From an uncultured Clostridia bacterium (GTDB lineage: Bacteria > Bacillota > Clostridia > Christensenellales > CAG-314), in contig CANQCN010000002.1 in the NCBI GenBank assembly GCA_947589685.1, positions 1 through 63,693 of the forward strand: a stretch of 63,693 nt of DNA, written 5' to 3'. A program made the position numbers and the translations under genes. The notes below the pieces were generated by a model that saw only the letters and a program-made list of their open reading frames with translations, was not told the origin of the DNA and did no database searches. This document shows positions 1-7,523 of the stretch, one piece after another; positions within the stretch are counted from its first letter, which is position 1, and each line of letters begins with the position of its first letter.

Positions 1-451
1 CACCAACTTGCCCGCGCTCACGGCGAAGTGTCCACAGGACACGTTCGCTTTTCGTGGCGCGCCCCTCAACTTGTTTTCGCGCAATTGACGGGGAAGGTTA
101 TTATCACAGTAACAGACTTTGTCACTGCGAATAGGGGTGGGTGGTCGGGAGCGAGGGTGTGTTTCAACTCAGTTCCCGCAACTACGGACCTGCGCCGAAG
201 TTGCGGTCCTTGTGGGGGATGCCGGGGCGGGACACTCCCCGGCGAAAGTCTACAACAATTCGCGCAGGTGTCCTGCGCCACCCACAAGTCCGACTGCGGC
301 GGCGCGTAAGCGCATTGGTTTAGGGGATATATAGTATAAAAAGAAATCGACTTTCGCCGAGGAAGTCGATTTTCTAAATGTTGTTTATTTTACCGTCGAT
401 TGCGAATGCGTTGCGCAGCAGCAAGCAATCGACCGCCGCACGTTTGGTCGG
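1..451 (+). repeat. Structured intergenic repeat family (called SIR here), copy 1; candidate ncRNA; 5' end may lie outside the window
   Basis: Shares a helix set with 19291-19850(-) and 21827-22160(+). The helices are CCGCAAC/GTTGCGG (176-182/200-206), CTTGTGGG/CCCACAAG (209-216/281-288), CCGGGG/CCCCGG (222-242), GCGCAGG/CCTGCGC (262-278) and GCGC-GTAA-GCGC (302-313). A 12-bp hairpin plus T run follows (344-376), then GTCGATTGC/GCAATCGAC (395-433) and CGACC/GGTCG (430-450). The 20-mer GCGCAATTGACGGGGAAGGT (79-98) recurs at 48086-48105. ORFs in this region are not conserved between copies. Confidence 0.8.
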
Positions 452-452
452 G

Positions 453-485
453 AAAAAAAGCGGGGCGCTCGTTCGAGCGCCCCGC
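453..485 (-). terminator. Rho-independent terminator read on the minus strand
   Basis: An A7 run (453-459) is followed by the 12-bp hairpin GCGGGGCGCTCG/CGAGCGCCCCGC (460-485). On the minus strand this reads as hairpin then U7, downstream of the pilin gene. Confidence 0.7.
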
Positions 486-722
486 AAGTTCCGTACCGTA
501 CATCCCTATAAGTACGAATATGCTTGTCGCGACACACCCTTGCTATGCCGCGGAGCAATTGATGTTTGTGACGGCTCTCACCGCTAACTCGCCGCTCGGA
601 CAACGATACTTAATAACGTATCTTGTCGGCGCGGGATAGCGATCCGTCAAAGAAATGTTTTTACGCAATTGAATGCGTTCGGAAATTTAACCTTTTATTC
701 CGCAATAATGTTTGTTTCGAGA

Positions 723-1133
723 TTATGCAACAGGATATGACGCAGGAACTTCAACGGGAGTAATTACCACCGTAACTTGGCTGCCATCTTCCGTTCCAAA
801 ATCTTCAAATGCCTTAAATGCCGTATAATCTGTCGGGGTTCCGGATGCAGCAGCTTCGACGTTTGTCAAATACAAATTACCCTCGGCATCCCAATAACCT
901 TCGGCGACCCAGCACGTATCGCTTGTACCTAACGCCAATTCATTGGGGTGAGTAAGGATCTCCTCTACGGCAAGACCTTTGAGGGAACGAGCATTCGCAT
1001 TGAAAACGCCTTCTCTTGCGTTGTCGAGAGCGACTACGAATACGGGAACCGCAATTGCAACGAGTACCGCGATGATCGCAACGACGATCAACAGCTCGGC
1101 AAGCGTAAAGCCCTTTCTACTTTTTTTCAACAT
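723..1133 (-). CDS. Type IV pilin / pseudopilin with prepilin-type N-terminal cleavage-methylation signal
   Basis: ORF 723..1217 trimmed to the ATG at 1133, which is preceded by GGAG. The N-terminus MLKKSRKGFTLAELLIVVAIIAVLVAIAV is a classic KGFTLxE plus hydrophobic helix signal. No pilB/C/D genes are adjacent. Confidence 0.85.
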   Translation of the reverse strand: MLKKSRKGFTLAELLIVVAIIAVLVAIAVPVFVVALDNAREGVFNANARSLKGLAVEEILTHPNELALGTSDTCWVAEGYWDAEGNLYLTNVEAAASGTPTDYTAFKAFEDFGTEDGSQVTVVITPVEVPASYPVA

Positions 1134-1219
1134 TTTGTATTTCTCCTTATAAATAGTTTTATACATGCCGCCGGGATGATCCGCGGATATGTCGGGGTCG
1201 AGTCGCTTTTGCGACAAAA

Positions 1220-1246
1220 GTACATAGAATATGTTAATCTATGTAC
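1220..1246. promoter_or_regulatory. 27-nt palindrome GTACATAGA-N9-TCTATGTAC (copy 1), upstream of the pilin gene
   Basis: Inverted repeat read directly. An almost identical palindrome sits at 1412-1438. Confidence 0.6.
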
Positions 1247-1370
1247 CTGTTTCTCGCCGTTTCGACAAAAATCAGGCAAAAATGAAACAAAAATTCGACA
1301 AAAAAATTGCCTCGCAGCTTTCGTGCGAGACAAATAAGACAAATTTATTGCAAAAATTCCTCTTTTTGTG

Positions 1371-1399
1371 TTGACATATCGGAGGAATCGGCTTATAAT
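1371..1399 (+). promoter_or_regulatory. Consensus sigma-A type promoter TTGACA-N17-TATAAT
   Basis: TTGACA at 1371-1376, a 17-nt spacer, and TATAAT at 1394-1399. It points to the plus strand, where no CDS follows. Confidence 0.6.
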
Positions 1400-1411
1400 A
1401 GTAGCAGTGAT

Positions 1412-1438
1412 GTACATAGATTAACATAATCTATGTAC
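1412..1438. promoter_or_regulatory. 27-nt palindrome GTACATAGATTA-ACA-TAATCTATGTAC (copy 2), at the predicted transcript start of the 1371-1399 promoter
   Basis: 12-bp arms read directly. It shares the same half-sites as 1220-1246. Confidence 0.6.
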
Positions 1439-1452
1439 TTTCTTTTTTGGTC

Positions 1453-1479
1453 AAAAACGCGAAAAAACGCGTTTTTTTT
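1453..1479. terminator. Bidirectional hairpin terminator AACGCG-A6-CGCGTT flanked by A and T runs
   Basis: Stem at 1456-1461/1468-1473 with T run 1472-1479 and an upstream A run. It lies just downstream of the minus-strand gene 1525..1770 and about 55-80 nt downstream of the plus-strand promoter. Confidence 0.55.
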
Positions 1480-1524
1480 CAACTCAAAACAGCCGCCGAA
1501 GCAGCCGCGAGATCCGGCGTCAAA

Positions 1525-1770
1525 TCAGCGGGAAGCGAGATAATTTTCCAGAGCGAGAGCAAGCTGGTCGGGGCAGGATGTGCCCTTGGAACCGCATTGG
1601 ATACCTTTGAGACGGCGGATCGCCTCGTGGATCTCCATTCCCTCCACAAGCGCGGCAACTCCTTGGGTGTTGCCGTTGCAGCCTCCGACAAAGCGGACGT
1701 TGGTAACTTTGCCGTCCGTCACGTCAAAGTTTATCGCGCGAGAGCATACTCCGTGTGTGCTGTATTGCAT
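1525..1770 (-). CDS. TIGR03905-type 4-Cys TSCPD-domain protein (uncharacterised)
   Basis: 81 aa with ...FVGGCNGNTQGVAALVEGM...GIQCGSKGTSCPDQLA..., the signature of the small TSCPD/TIGR03905 family. Confidence 0.75.
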   Translation of the reverse strand: MQYSTHGVCSRAINFDVTDGKVTNVRFVGGCNGNTQGVAALVEGMEIHEAIRRLKGIQCGSKGTSCPDQLALALENYLASR

Positions 1771-1796
1771 AATATTCTCCTTAAATGATATTTACG

Positions 1797-1818
1797 CGCC
1801 CGAAAGGGCGTTTTTTTT
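1797..1818 (+). terminator. Plus-strand terminator-like hairpin CGCCC-GAAA-GGGCG followed by T8
   Basis: Stem at 1797-1801/1806-1810, GNRA loop, and T8 at 1811-1818. Only the plus strand gives a U tract after the hairpin, yet both neighbouring genes are on the minus strand. Confidence 0.4.
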
Positions 1819-1819
1819 G

Positions 1820-3355
1820 TCAGTCGGCGTTGTAATCGGTGACGTTGCCGCCGTTGTTCCACAGATTGTCCAGCCCGTAAACTTCGCGAGTGTCCTTGTG
1901 AAAGATGTGAACGATCACGTCGCCGTAGTCCACCGCTATCCAGCGCCCCTCGGAATAGCCCTCCTTGCGGGCGGCAAACCTGCCTTGCTTTTCCATTTGC
2001 TCTTCGAGGTGGTCAAAGATAGCCTTTACCTGCGGGATACTGCGTCCCGAACAGATGACGAAATAGTCGGCAAGATCGCTCAGCGCGCGGATCTCTACGA
2101 TTTTTATGTCGGTCGCTTGCTTTTCCGCCAAAACCTTGCATATTTGCTGCACGGCGGCAAGAGATTCTTTTGCTTCTGTCATATTGTTTTTCTCCTTGTT
2201 GTTCGATTTGATCTCCTCTTCCTTACAAGCGTCTGCCGTAAGCGGTCGGAGACCGAAGTCCTCGGCGCAGTACCAACGTATCGTCAGCTCGCTCAAAGGA
2301 CTCAAACTGTCGCAATGTCTTTGCAAACAAACCCGATACGCCTCTTTGAGACAGGCGACGAATTGCTCGTCGAGCGTGCCGCGTTTGAGATGTTCCAACG
2401 GATAGGGACGGGTGTCCTCCGTTTTGTCCGCAACGTAAACAAGCTTTTCCAACTCGCTCATATCGGGACGTCCCGTCGTGTGATACGCTATCGCGCGGAG
2501 AATATCCCTGTCGTCAATCCCGAAATCGTAATACGCCACATAGCTGCCCAAAAACGAATGTACCACCGAATCGGGCAGATCTCCTTTTGTAAAACGGTAC
2601 TTTCCGTAGTCGCTTTCGGGAATGTACTTTGCCACGTCGTGAAGCAGACAGGCGACAAAGGCTTTTTCCTTGACGTCGTCGCGAGCCAATTCCTGTCCGC
2701 GCTTGACAACGTAAAAGGTGTGTTCGAAACGCCGCGGAGTGAGATAGCGGCTCACCGCTTGCGTCATAGCCGAATGCTTGCGGTACAGACCGTTGTCCGA
2801 CACGCAGCGATCCACCGCCGCGGGGACGAGATCGCCGTTGTCCAAGCCGAAGTCGTAACGTAAGCGTATCTCCGTGGAGCTGAGGGAAGAGGGCGTCATT
2901 TGCAACAAAACGACCTTTGCGCCGAACTTGCGCTCCGCCTCACTCACGGTCGACGGGGAGACGTTTCCGCCGCGCTGCGCCACGGCAAGAGTGCAAAGCT
3001 TGGCGATGTCCTTGGGGCGATACCACTTGTCGAAGCTCGCCAGGCTGTCGCCGCCCACGATCAGATACAGCTGCGCGCCCTTATATTGCTCGGCAAAGTG
3101 CAAAAGCGTGTTGACCGTGTAGCTTTTGCCGTCGAGGTTTATCTCGTAGTCGCTTACTTCGGCGAAATCGCCGAATGCCGCCCGACACATTTGCAGACGG
3201 ACGCGTTTGTCCGCGTCGCACCGTTTGTGCGGGGGATCGCCGCAGGGCATAACTATCAACTTGTCCAATTGCAGCCGAGACAACGCCTCGCGCGCCATGG
3301 AAACGTGTACATTGTGCGGCGGATCGAAGGTTCCGCCGAAAATGCCTATTTTCAT
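1820..3355 (-). CDS. nadD: Triple fusion: nicotinate-nucleotide adenylyltransferase NadD + HD-domain YqeK + ribosome silencing factor RsfS
   Basis: The N-terminus MKIGIFGGTFDPPHNVH is the NadD motif. The middle region (...LLHDVAKY...AYHTTGRP...YVADK) is a YqeK-type HD domain. The C-terminus (...DYFVICSGRSIPQVKAI...WIAVDYGDVIVHIFHKDTREVYGLDNLW) is RsfS. It is a single 511-codon frame. Confidence 0.85.
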   Translation of the reverse strand: MKIGIFGGTFDPPHNVHVSMAREALSRLQLDKLIVMPCGDPPHKRCDADKRVRLQMCRAAFGDFAEVSDYEINLDGKSYTVNTLLHFAEQYKGAQLYLIVGGDSLASFDKWYRPKDIAKLCTLAVAQRGGNVSPSTVSEAERKFGAKVVLLQMTPSSLSSTEIRLRYDFGLDNGDLVPAAVDRCVSDNGLYRKHSAMTQAVSRYLTPRRFEHTFYVVKRGQELARDDVKEKAFVACLLHDVAKYIPESDYGKYRFTKGDLPDSVVHSFLGSYVAYYDFGIDDRDILRAIAYHTTGRPDMSELEKLVYVADKTEDTRPYPLEHLKRGTLDEQFVACLKEAYRVCLQRHCDSLSPLSELTIRWYCAEDFGLRPLTADACKEEEIKSNNKEKNNMTEAKESLAAVQQICKVLAEKQATDIKIVEIRALSDLADYFVICSGRSIPQVKAIFDHLEEQMEKQGRFAARKEGYSEGRWIAVDYGDVIVHIFHKDTREVYGLDNLWNNGGNVTDYNAD

Positions 3356-3423
3356 ACGGATATTTTACAATATTTTCGCAAACATTTCAACAAAAAACAA
3401 ACAAAAAAGGCAACAATATCGTT

Positions 3424-4209
3424 ATGGCTAAAATATTGAATACTCTGCTTGGATCGCTGTGCGTGTTTTTTGTGTGCTTTTTGTGGATCGTGTACTGTCT
3501 GAAAGACGGCGCGTCGGCGGCGGGACTTGCCGCAATAGTCGCCGTTGCCGCGGGATACCTGATATATAATGTGCAGTCGGAGCAAAATTTACGCAAAAGT
3601 CAAAAAAGAGCCGCGCAGAAAAGGACGGAGGCTCTGGGAGAATATCTGCGCTTCGGCGAAGATAATGCGGCGCTGTTCGAAAAAATGCTTTCCTACTTTC
3701 GTTTCGAGGTGCAAAAAGAGGGCTACGACGATCTGATCGCGGTGAAAAACAACGTAAAGGGCTACGTGGCGCTGCGCTACGCTTCGGACGCGCTGACGAA
3801 AGAACAGCTTGCGCTTGCCGTTGCGGAAGCCAAACGTAAAAAATGCGACAAGCTTTATCTGTTTGCGCACAAAGCGGACAAGTCTTTGCTTGCGCAAGCG
3901 GAAAAAGTTTTGCCCGTGACATTTGCGGACGTAGCCAACGTGTACGCCCTGCTGGAACAAAGCGACAAGCTGCCGCAGTTGAATACCGAAAAACCCTCAA
4001 AAAAGGCAAGCTTTGCCGCAAAATACGCCTTTTCGCGCAAACGCTTCGGACTGTATCTTGCCACGACGGTCTTTTTGTCGGCGATAACGGTGATCTCCTA
4101 CGTCAAGTGGTACACGCTCGCCTGGGCGACGGCAAGCCTTGCTCTTGCGCTGTATTCGTTGCTGAACAAACGTTACAACGCGCAGCCCACCGCCGTCACT
4201 TTGGATTGA
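3424..4209 (+). CDS. Hypothetical membrane protein (2 N-terminal and 2 C-terminal predicted TM helices)
   Basis: 261-aa ORF with coding-like composition and hydrophobic segments at both ends. I recognise no family and see no strong RBS. Confidence 0.5.
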   Translation: MAKILNTLLGSLCVFFVCFLWIVYCLKDGASAAGLAAIVAVAAGYLIYNVQSEQNLRKSQKRAAQKRTEALGEYLRFGEDNAALFEKMLSYFRFEVQKEGYDDLIAVKNNVKGYVALRYASDALTKEQLALAVAEAKRKKCDKLYLFAHKADKSLLAQAEKVLPVTFADVANVYALLEQSDKLPQLNTEKPSKKASFAAKYAFSRKRFGLYLATTVFLSAITVISYVKWYTLAWATASLALALYSLLNKRYNAQPTAVTLD

Positions 4210-5041
4210 CAAGCTCTTTGAGCGGAGTGGTAAGCGGCTCGGTCAAAACAAGTCGCTCCAATTCGGCTATCCCGAAGCGGGCAAGCACGCGCATATCGTC
4301 GTCTACCACTTCGAGGCAGTACAGATAGTTGCCCTGCATACGCTTTGCAACGTCCGAAAGTCGGCTGCCGCCGTCAAAAACCAAGGTTTTTCTTTCCATA
4401 CCCTTTTTGTAAAAATATTCGCGATTGATAAGCGCCGACCGCTCGTACGATCGCCGACCGCGCACAAACGCGCCGGAAAACAAGCCTATGGCAAACAATC
4501 CGAGCGCAAAAAGCTTGGTATCCGTAAACAGCGACAGAACGAATACTCCGAACACCGCAAGCGAAATGACCACGGTGCATATTTTCGTGACGGCAAGAGC
4601 CTTGGCTCCGATACGCTTTTCCAACACGCCCGTCAACGCTCTGCCGCCGTCCAACGGATAGCAGGGCAGCATGTTGACGCACGCCATAGTAAGATTGGCG
4701 GTAAAAAACACTTCCGTATAGTAGTAGCCGTCGGGGAATACCCACCACAGCGCCAGACACAGCAAACAAAGACAAAAATTTGCGGCGGGTCCCGCAAGGG
4801 CTATTTTTATCCTGTCCGCGCCGTACACATCCTGAAAATCGCCGTAAAGCACTGCGCCGAAAATGTCCAGACGTATCTCAGTCGTGCGATAAAACAGTCT
4901 GTTTGCCACCGCGTAGTGCGCGCACTCGTGCAAAAGCACCGCAATAGTATACATGGTAGCGAAATATCCCTGACGGAATATCACCGCTACCACGATAAAA
5001 AGCCAAAAGCTCGGTTGTACGGATATTTTCAGACGTTCCAC
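4196..5041 (-). CDS. spoIVFB: Site-2 (M50) intramembrane metalloprotease, SpoIVFB-like
   Basis: HExxH motif in LLHECAHYAV, NxxPxxxxDG motif in NMLPCYPLDGG, and a CBS-like C-terminal region. It follows a SpoIVFA-like gene and minD/minE, as in Bacillus. GTG start. Confidence 0.75.
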   Translation of the reverse strand: MERLKISVQPSFWLFIVVAVIFRQGYFATMYTIAVLLHECAHYAVANRLFYRTTEIRLDIFGAVLYGDFQDVYGADRIKIALAGPAANFCLCLLCLALWWVFPDGYYYTEVFFTANLTMACVNMLPCYPLDGGRALTGVLEKRIGAKALAVTKICTVVISLAVFGVFVLSLFTDTKLFALGLFAIGLFSGAFVRGRRSYERSALINREYFYKKGMERKTLVFDGGSRLSDVAKRMQGNYLYCLEVVDDDMRVLARFGIAELERLVLTEPLTTPLKELVNPK

Positions 5042-5652
5042 GTTAGCTGCGTTTCACTGCCCACCACGTCCACCGTCGCGCCGCTGACCGTAACCGCCAC
5101 GTTGAAGCTGCCGCTGTACTTGGCAAGCAAAGTGTTGACGGATACCTCGTCTCCCTCGGCAACGTAAATGTCGGCAAGATCGGTGTACACCAGCTCGGTC
5201 GCGTCGTCCATAGCCACCGTAAGAGTACCCTCGCCCACGGCAACGACCTTGCCGGAAGTGAAGGAAAGCACCGCTCTGCCGCCGTTGAAGGTGGCTACGC
5301 CGTCCGTTACGTTTACCAGATCGAGGTTGGACGGAATGACTATCGCCGCAGTGGCAACGGGCTGTTCGGGCGAGTCGAATAACGTAGAGGCAACTGCCGC
5401 CTTTGCCGTCTCGAATACGTCCTTGGCAAATTGTCCGTCCACAAACAGCAACGCCGCCAAAAGCGCCGCGCACAACACCGCGGCGGCGATGATTTTGAGC
5501 GGCTTGGTAAAGCGAAATCCGCCTTTTGCGCGCTTGCGTTTTTTGTCCGACTGCGGCTGTTCGTCCACATAGTTGCGCTCCGAATAGGACACGTCCAACC
5601 AATCGCTTTCTTCCGCATCGCATATTATATTGTTTACTCCGTCGAAATCCAT
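5029..5652 (-). CDS. spoIVFA: SpoIVFA-like membrane protein with a degenerate LytM/M23-like C-terminal domain
   Basis: Start set at the ATG at 5652, preceded by GGAGGTG. It has one TM helix (IIAAAVLCAALLAALLF). The position is immediately upstream of and overlapping the SpoIVFB-like gene. Confidence 0.55.
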   Translation of the reverse strand: MDFDGVNNIICDAEESDWLDVSYSERNYVDEQPQSDKKRKRAKGGFRFTKPLKIIAAAVLCAALLAALLFVDGQFAKDVFETAKAAVASTLFDSPEQPVATAAIVIPSNLDLVNVTDGVATFNGGRAVLSFTSGKVVAVGEGTLTVAMDDATELVYTDLADIYVAEGDEVSVNTLLAKYSGSFNVAVTVSGATVDVVGSETQLTWNV

Positions 5653-5705
5653 TGTTACACCTCCGTTTCTCACAATAAAATACGCGTATACACGGCGCTT
5701 TATGC

Positions 5706-5930
5706 CTATGTGCGAAAGGTGGGTCTGACTTTTTTGACGGATACGGTCACTATCAGATTTGCGCTCGGACCGCGGGTAAGCTCCACGGCGAGCGAATCGT
5801 ACTCCATATAGTTTGACACCAACTTTTTCAGCTCCTCGAAAAACTCCGCGCGGCGCAAATTGAATTTATCGGCGTATACCATGGCTTCGGCACGCTCGAA
5901 CTGTCGCGATCTCACATCCACCTCACGCAT
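5706..5930 (-). CDS. minE: MinE-like cell division topological specificity factor (divergent N-terminus)
   Basis: 74 aa, overlapping the minD stop by 8 nt. The C-terminal part FFEELKKLVSNYMEYDSLAVELTRGPSANLIVTVSVKKV follows the MinE pattern. Confidence 0.55.
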   Translation of the reverse strand: MREVDVRSRQFERAEAMVYADKFNLRRAEFFEELKKLVSNYMEYDSLAVELTRGPSANLIVTVSVKKVRPTFRT

Positions 5931-6681
5931 TGCGTTTCAGCTTGCGGCGCAGTCTGCCGAATACGCCCTTGTAGGGGGCGACGCAGTCGTATAGCTCGCA
6001 TTTGCCCGTTTCGAGATTGTCGGCGAGCAGCTCGAACGCGGCGTTGTTGTAACGCATATTGCAGTTGACGTCGTCGTTTTCCGGCAAGACGCCAAGAGCC
6101 GTTTGCCCCAACAGACTGAACACCTCGAAGGGGGACAGCATTTCGCCGCTTGCGACCAAGTCGCCGCGCACACGGTTGACGACTATGCTTACGGGCGTGT
6201 TGCCGATAAGCTCCGCCATGGCTTTGTCCGCGTCGCGCACGCTGGACAAATGGGGCGTGACGACCACTATCGCTTCGTCCGCGCACGCGACCGCCCGCCT
6301 GAATCCGCTGTCGATGCCTGCGGGACAGTCGATGAGCACGTAGTCGAAATTGTCTTCGAGACGGGATACGACGCGCTTAATCTGCTCGGCGTTTATCTGC
6401 CGCTTGGCAAGGTGACAGCTGGGCATAATGTACAACGTGGGCTCTTCTTTGTCCTGAATAAAGGATTGGGACGGTCGGCAGCGGTTTTCTATCACGTCCA
6501 CCAGGTCGAACACAACCTTGTCCTCTACCTGCATGGTGACGTCGAGATTGTTGAGCCCGATGTCCAGATCCATAAGCAGCACCCGCTTGGACTTGTGCGC
6601 CAACGCAATGCCCAGATTGGCGCAGACGGTAGTTTTGCCCACGCCGCCCTTGCCGCCCGTAATTACGATTTTGCGTGCCAT
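5923..6681 (-). CDS. minD: Septum site-determining ATPase MinD
   Basis: MARKIVITGGKGGVGKTT is the deviant Walker A motif. The ATG at 6681 is preceded by GGAGGTG. Confidence 0.9.
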   Translation of the reverse strand: MARKIVITGGKGGVGKTTVCANLGIALAHKSKRVLLMDLDIGLNNLDVTMQVEDKVVFDLVDVIENRCRPSQSFIQDKEEPTLYIMPSCHLAKRQINAEQIKRVVSRLEDNFDYVLIDCPAGIDSGFRRAVACADEAIVVVTPHLSSVRDADKAMAELIGNTPVSIVVNRVRGDLVASGEMLSPFEVFSLLGQTALGVLPENDDVNCNMRYNNAAFELLADNLETGKCELYDCVAPYKGVFGRLRRKLKRNA

Positions 6682-6838
6682 TGTCCTCACCTCCCGTTAC
6701 CGCTACATTGTACCACCGTTGTGCGCCGAGAAACCGCCTTCGACAAAACTTTCGCATGCAAAATCGGTCTACTTTTGCCAAATTTCGGCGAAAAAAAACG
6801 CCGCGACAACGGCGTTAATCTCAACGAGAAAAACAAAG

Positions 6839-7453
6839 CTAATTCTCAACGGAGTAGCTGCGAACGACAGCGTTTACGTCGTCGTAACCGTAGCCGCGGC
6901 TCAACAAATACCTTTGCAGCTTGCCGAGCGTTTTGAGATCGCGCGGTTTGCCGCGCATATATTTCTCCGCAAGGCGGGCGGCGTTGGACAACGCCCGTTC
7001 GGGATCCTCGCGCGACTGACTTTCGGCGAGGTTTGCCTCGATACCTCTGCCGATAAGCTCTTGTTTGAGACGGCGGCTGCCCTTTGTGGAGACGTTTTGC
7101 TCCACGTACATACGGGCGTATGCTTCGTCGTCCAGATAACGATAGTCTTGGAGCTTGGTAAGCACGTATTCGACTACATCCGAGTCGTAACCGCGTTTGA
7201 GGAGATAATCGCGCGTTTGCTTGACCGTTTTGTATCCGCGCGAAATGTAATTTGCCGCCTTGTCGAAGGCGACGGAGCGTTCGCTGTCCAGCGCGGCTTC
7301 TTTGAGACGCTCGACGGTGACCTGCTGACCTATCTTCAAGTTGAGCTTCATTACCGTAAGCATTTCCAACGCGCAAAAATATTCGCCGTCGATGTACACG
7401 TTGGCGCGGGTCTTGTTGTTCTTTTGTATCTGCAAATCGGTTACTGTCGGCAT
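6839..7453 (-). CDS. recX: RecX family regulatory protein
   Basis: Trimmed to the ATG at 7453. It shows three-helix repeat patterns (...YISRGYKTVKQTRDYLLKRGYDSDVVEYVLTKLQDYRYLDDEAYARMYV...LLSRGYGYDDV). Confidence 0.75.
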   Translation of the reverse strand: MPTVTDLQIQKNNKTRANVYIDGEYFCALEMLTVMKLNLKIGQQVTVERLKEAALDSERSVAFDKAANYISRGYKTVKQTRDYLLKRGYDSDVVEYVLTKLQDYRYLDDEAYARMYVEQNVSTKGSRRLKQELIGRGIEANLAESQSREDPERALSNAARLAEKYMRGKPRDLKTLGKLQRYLLSRGYGYDDVNAVVRSYSVEN

Positions 7454-7523
7454 AAAAAAATTGTAACATAAAACAAAACGACGGTCAAGAGTAAATAACT
7501 TCCGCGACGGGCAAAACGACGCG

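Noticed and set aside
216-250. Hammerhead-like string GGGAUGCC...stem...GGCGAAAGUC in SIR copy 1
   Set aside because: It lacks the CUGANGA core, since G8-A9 are not in place before the stem. The CGAAAG is not conserved in copy 3, which has GGCAAAAUUC.
28-639. ORFs inside SIR copies (for example 28..309, 141..323, 400..639; also 19031..19348, 19439..19645, 21851..22123)
   Set aside because: The translations are not conserved between copies. Indels shift the frame between copies, and only short strings such as KSDCGGA coincide. There are no RBSs, and the nucleotide-level pattern is paired-stem conservation, not codon conservation.
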